The notes below the pieces were generated by a model. It saw only the letters and a program-made list of their open reading frames with translations, did not search any database and was not told where the DNA came from. Shown here in pieces: positions 45,201 through 46,874 of a stretch of DNA of 46,874 bases. Position 1 is the first letter of the stretch, and every line of letters starts with the position of its first letter. The stretch is from IMG/VR virus record IMGVR_UViG_3300035181_001974; one strand, written 5' to 3'. Origin of the DNA: a virus. The position numbers were made by a program, and so were the translations under genes.

Positions 45201-46736
45201 AAGCTCTACGCAGCAACGAACGCTCATCTGGCTCACGATCTCGCGAAATCGCTGCATAAAAACGTCGTCGGTAAGTTCATCATCGCCGATTACCTTAACT
45301 GGAAGGCAGTTTGGGCTGCGCACCATCCTGCGGCCTTGGGTCGTCAGTACGTCAACAACGTTGACACCGGCGTTGTTGCTTCTGACGGTGCGAACAACCA
45401 CGTCGTCATTTCTGTTGAGCTCATCGATACAACTGAAGATGTGTACAGTGTTACCGTTGATCGATGGCACAATCTTGCCGTGGGTGGTGAAAATGCTGCG
45501 AAAGGTGCACAATCACCTCATGGTGGTGGTGGTGGTGTAGGACTAATATTTGCGTTTCAGAGCGTCGATGAGGACTACTTCATCCCAGTTCGTGGCCAAG
45601 AGTCTGGAACTCGCATTGAAACCCTCGCGGGAGGCCAGAACACTGCCGCCGTCGAGGACGTGGCCTACATTCAGAAGAAGCTGTTTGCTGCTCTGAAGAT
45701 CCCACGCGCCTACTTGGGTTACGATGAGATGCTTAGCAGCAAGGCCACGTTGGCGCAGGAGGACATCAGGTTCTCGCGTACCATTGCTGTCATTCAGAAG
45801 ACGATCCTTGCCGAGCTCAACAAGCTGGCGATCATCCACCTCTATGCACACGGGTATGACGGTGATGATCTGCAGAACTTTACGTTGCATCTGTCCAACC
45901 CGTCGACTGTCGCACAGCAACAGAAGCTAGAACTGTGGCGTGCCAAGTTTGAGATCGGCGGCTCGGCCCCTGAAGGCTTCATTGATAAGGACTTTGTCCG
46001 CAAGGAGATCTGGGGCCTCAACGATCAGGAGTGCAAGCAGATCGACAAGAATCGCATGAAAGATAAGGTCGTTGACGCAGCCATCGAGTCCGGCGCGGGT
46101 GCTGGAGGGGATGGCGGCGGGGGAGGCGAAGACCTCTTTGGCGGCGGCGATGAAGGTGGAGGCGGTGAGGAACCCGCAGGCGGAGAAGAGACGCCTCCCG
46201 AGGAAAACGCAGGTGAGGAACCAGAAGAGGAGACCACGCCTGGTGTTCAGCTCCTGACGTCAGCTGACGACAATGATGACGATGAGACATTTGGGCTCCG
46301 CGTCGGCGCCATGAAGGACGTCGAGATTCCAGTCAAGGCTCAGAAGCAGCTTGACCGCGTGCTCTACAACCGTAGCCGTCACTTGACGCACGGACCGTCT
46401 AAGACGCACATGCCTGACTTCAGGAAGATGACTTCGACTGACAATCGAGCGATGGAGGATCCTTACGATACCGACTTCTTGAAGTCTGTCGTCAGCGACC
46501 CATTCGGCGAAAGCGTCGCACGTCAGCAGCGGCTTCCTGGCGACGTGGTCGCTGCGTTGCTAAGTTGGGAAAAGAAGTTCCCTGGTGAGCGCGGATCGAA
46601 GAATGGTTTGATAAAAGAGGACCAAGAGATCAACATCGAGATTGATGAGTCGATCGAACCGGGTCTGACAGGCAGCGCCATTAACGAAGGCGATGTACTT
46701 ATCATCGATGATGACAACGAGGATGACGAGTCATGA
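42225..46736 (+). CDS. portal protein, T4 gp20-like, interrupted by two HNH-containing inteins (precursor 1503 aa; mature about 685 aa)
   Basis: Extein [44 protein letters not shown] aligns with T4 gp20 [55 protein letters not shown] aligns with [22 protein letters not shown]. Acidic, Gly-rich C-terminus. Confidence 0.85.
   Translation: [1503 protein letters not shown]
42471..43814 (+). mobile_element. intein 1 (448 aa, Ser1 ... His-Asn, +1 Thr) with an HNH homing-endonuclease domain
   Basis: Block A [43 protein letters not shown]..H. Block G [20 protein letters not shown] followed by T. Confidence 0.75.
44451..45560 (+). mobile_element. intein 2 (about 370 aa, Cys1) with an HNH domain, paralogous to intein 1; non-canonical C-terminal junction
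   Basis: Block A [43 protein letters not shown]. Block G-like [16 protein letters not shown] is followed by a 24-residue Gly-rich extension ...[13 protein letters not shown] before the extein Ser. The 3' boundary is inferred from alignment to T4 gp20. Confidence 0.55.
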
Positions 46737-46874
46737 GCAGCAAGGGCCACAACAAGAAGCGTAATGCTGGACTACTCTACGAGTTCCTTGTCCGCACCAT
46801 TTCGACCGCCCTCGTCGAGGGCAACCAGAAGAAGTCTGCCGTGGCGTTGAAGATCCTCCGAAAGCACTTCAAGC
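46733..46874 (+). CDS. hypothetical protein, 3' partial (runs off the window)
   Basis: The ATG overlaps the portal stop (ATGA). The frame stays open to the window end (MSSKGHNKKRNAGLLYEFLVRTISTALVEGNQKKSAVALKILRKHFK...). Confidence 0.4.
   Translation, partial: MSSKGHNKKRNAGLLYEFLVRTISTALVEGNQKKSAVALKILRKHFK

Noticed and set aside
46080-46320. Gly/Glu-rich repetitive segment ([29 protein letters not shown]...) that looked like a possible repeat array.
   Set aside because: It is in-frame coding sequence forming the acidic C-terminal tail of the portal protein. T4 gp20 also has an acidic C-terminus. There is no spacer-repeat structure.
1-46874. Search for tRNA, rRNA and CRISPR features.
   Set aside because: Intergenic gaps are all under 300 bp. 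The only long one (10400-10693) consists of the iteron repeats and has no cloverleaf-like structure. No regularly spaced repeat-spacer array was seen.

Overview
This window looks like a fragment of a large tailed dsDNA phage genome, about 55-57% GC, with three modules. Positions 1-10400 are a minus-strand glycan-biosynthesis island (PseC/DegT-like aminotransferase, PseB-like UDP-GlcNAc 4,6-dehydratase, six GT2/GT4 glycosyltransferases, an O-methyltransferase), interrupted by a decayed GIY-YIG/NUMOD3 homing-endonuclease remnant. Positions 10400-10690 are an AT-rich strand-switch region carrying an iteron-like array. From 10694 onward nearly all genes are on the plus strand: a truncated GroEL-like chaperonin, a ClpP-like protease, an XPD/Rad3-type FeS helicase, an Hc1 histone-like protein, a PIN-PhoH fusion, about 15 kb of large virion structural genes, a recombination/replication cluster (T7 endonuclease I-like and RuvC-like resolvases, a zinc-finger/TOPRIM primase, SbcD/SbcC), a T4 gp17-like large terminase, and a T4 gp20-like portal interrupted by two paralogous HNH inteins. 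Product calls rest on motif-level similarity recalled from memory, not on database searches. Start codons follow the ORF track, which uses GTG/TTG as well as ATG, and are adjusted where a ribosome-binding site or coupling argues for it. No tRNA, rRNA or CRISPR array was seen.
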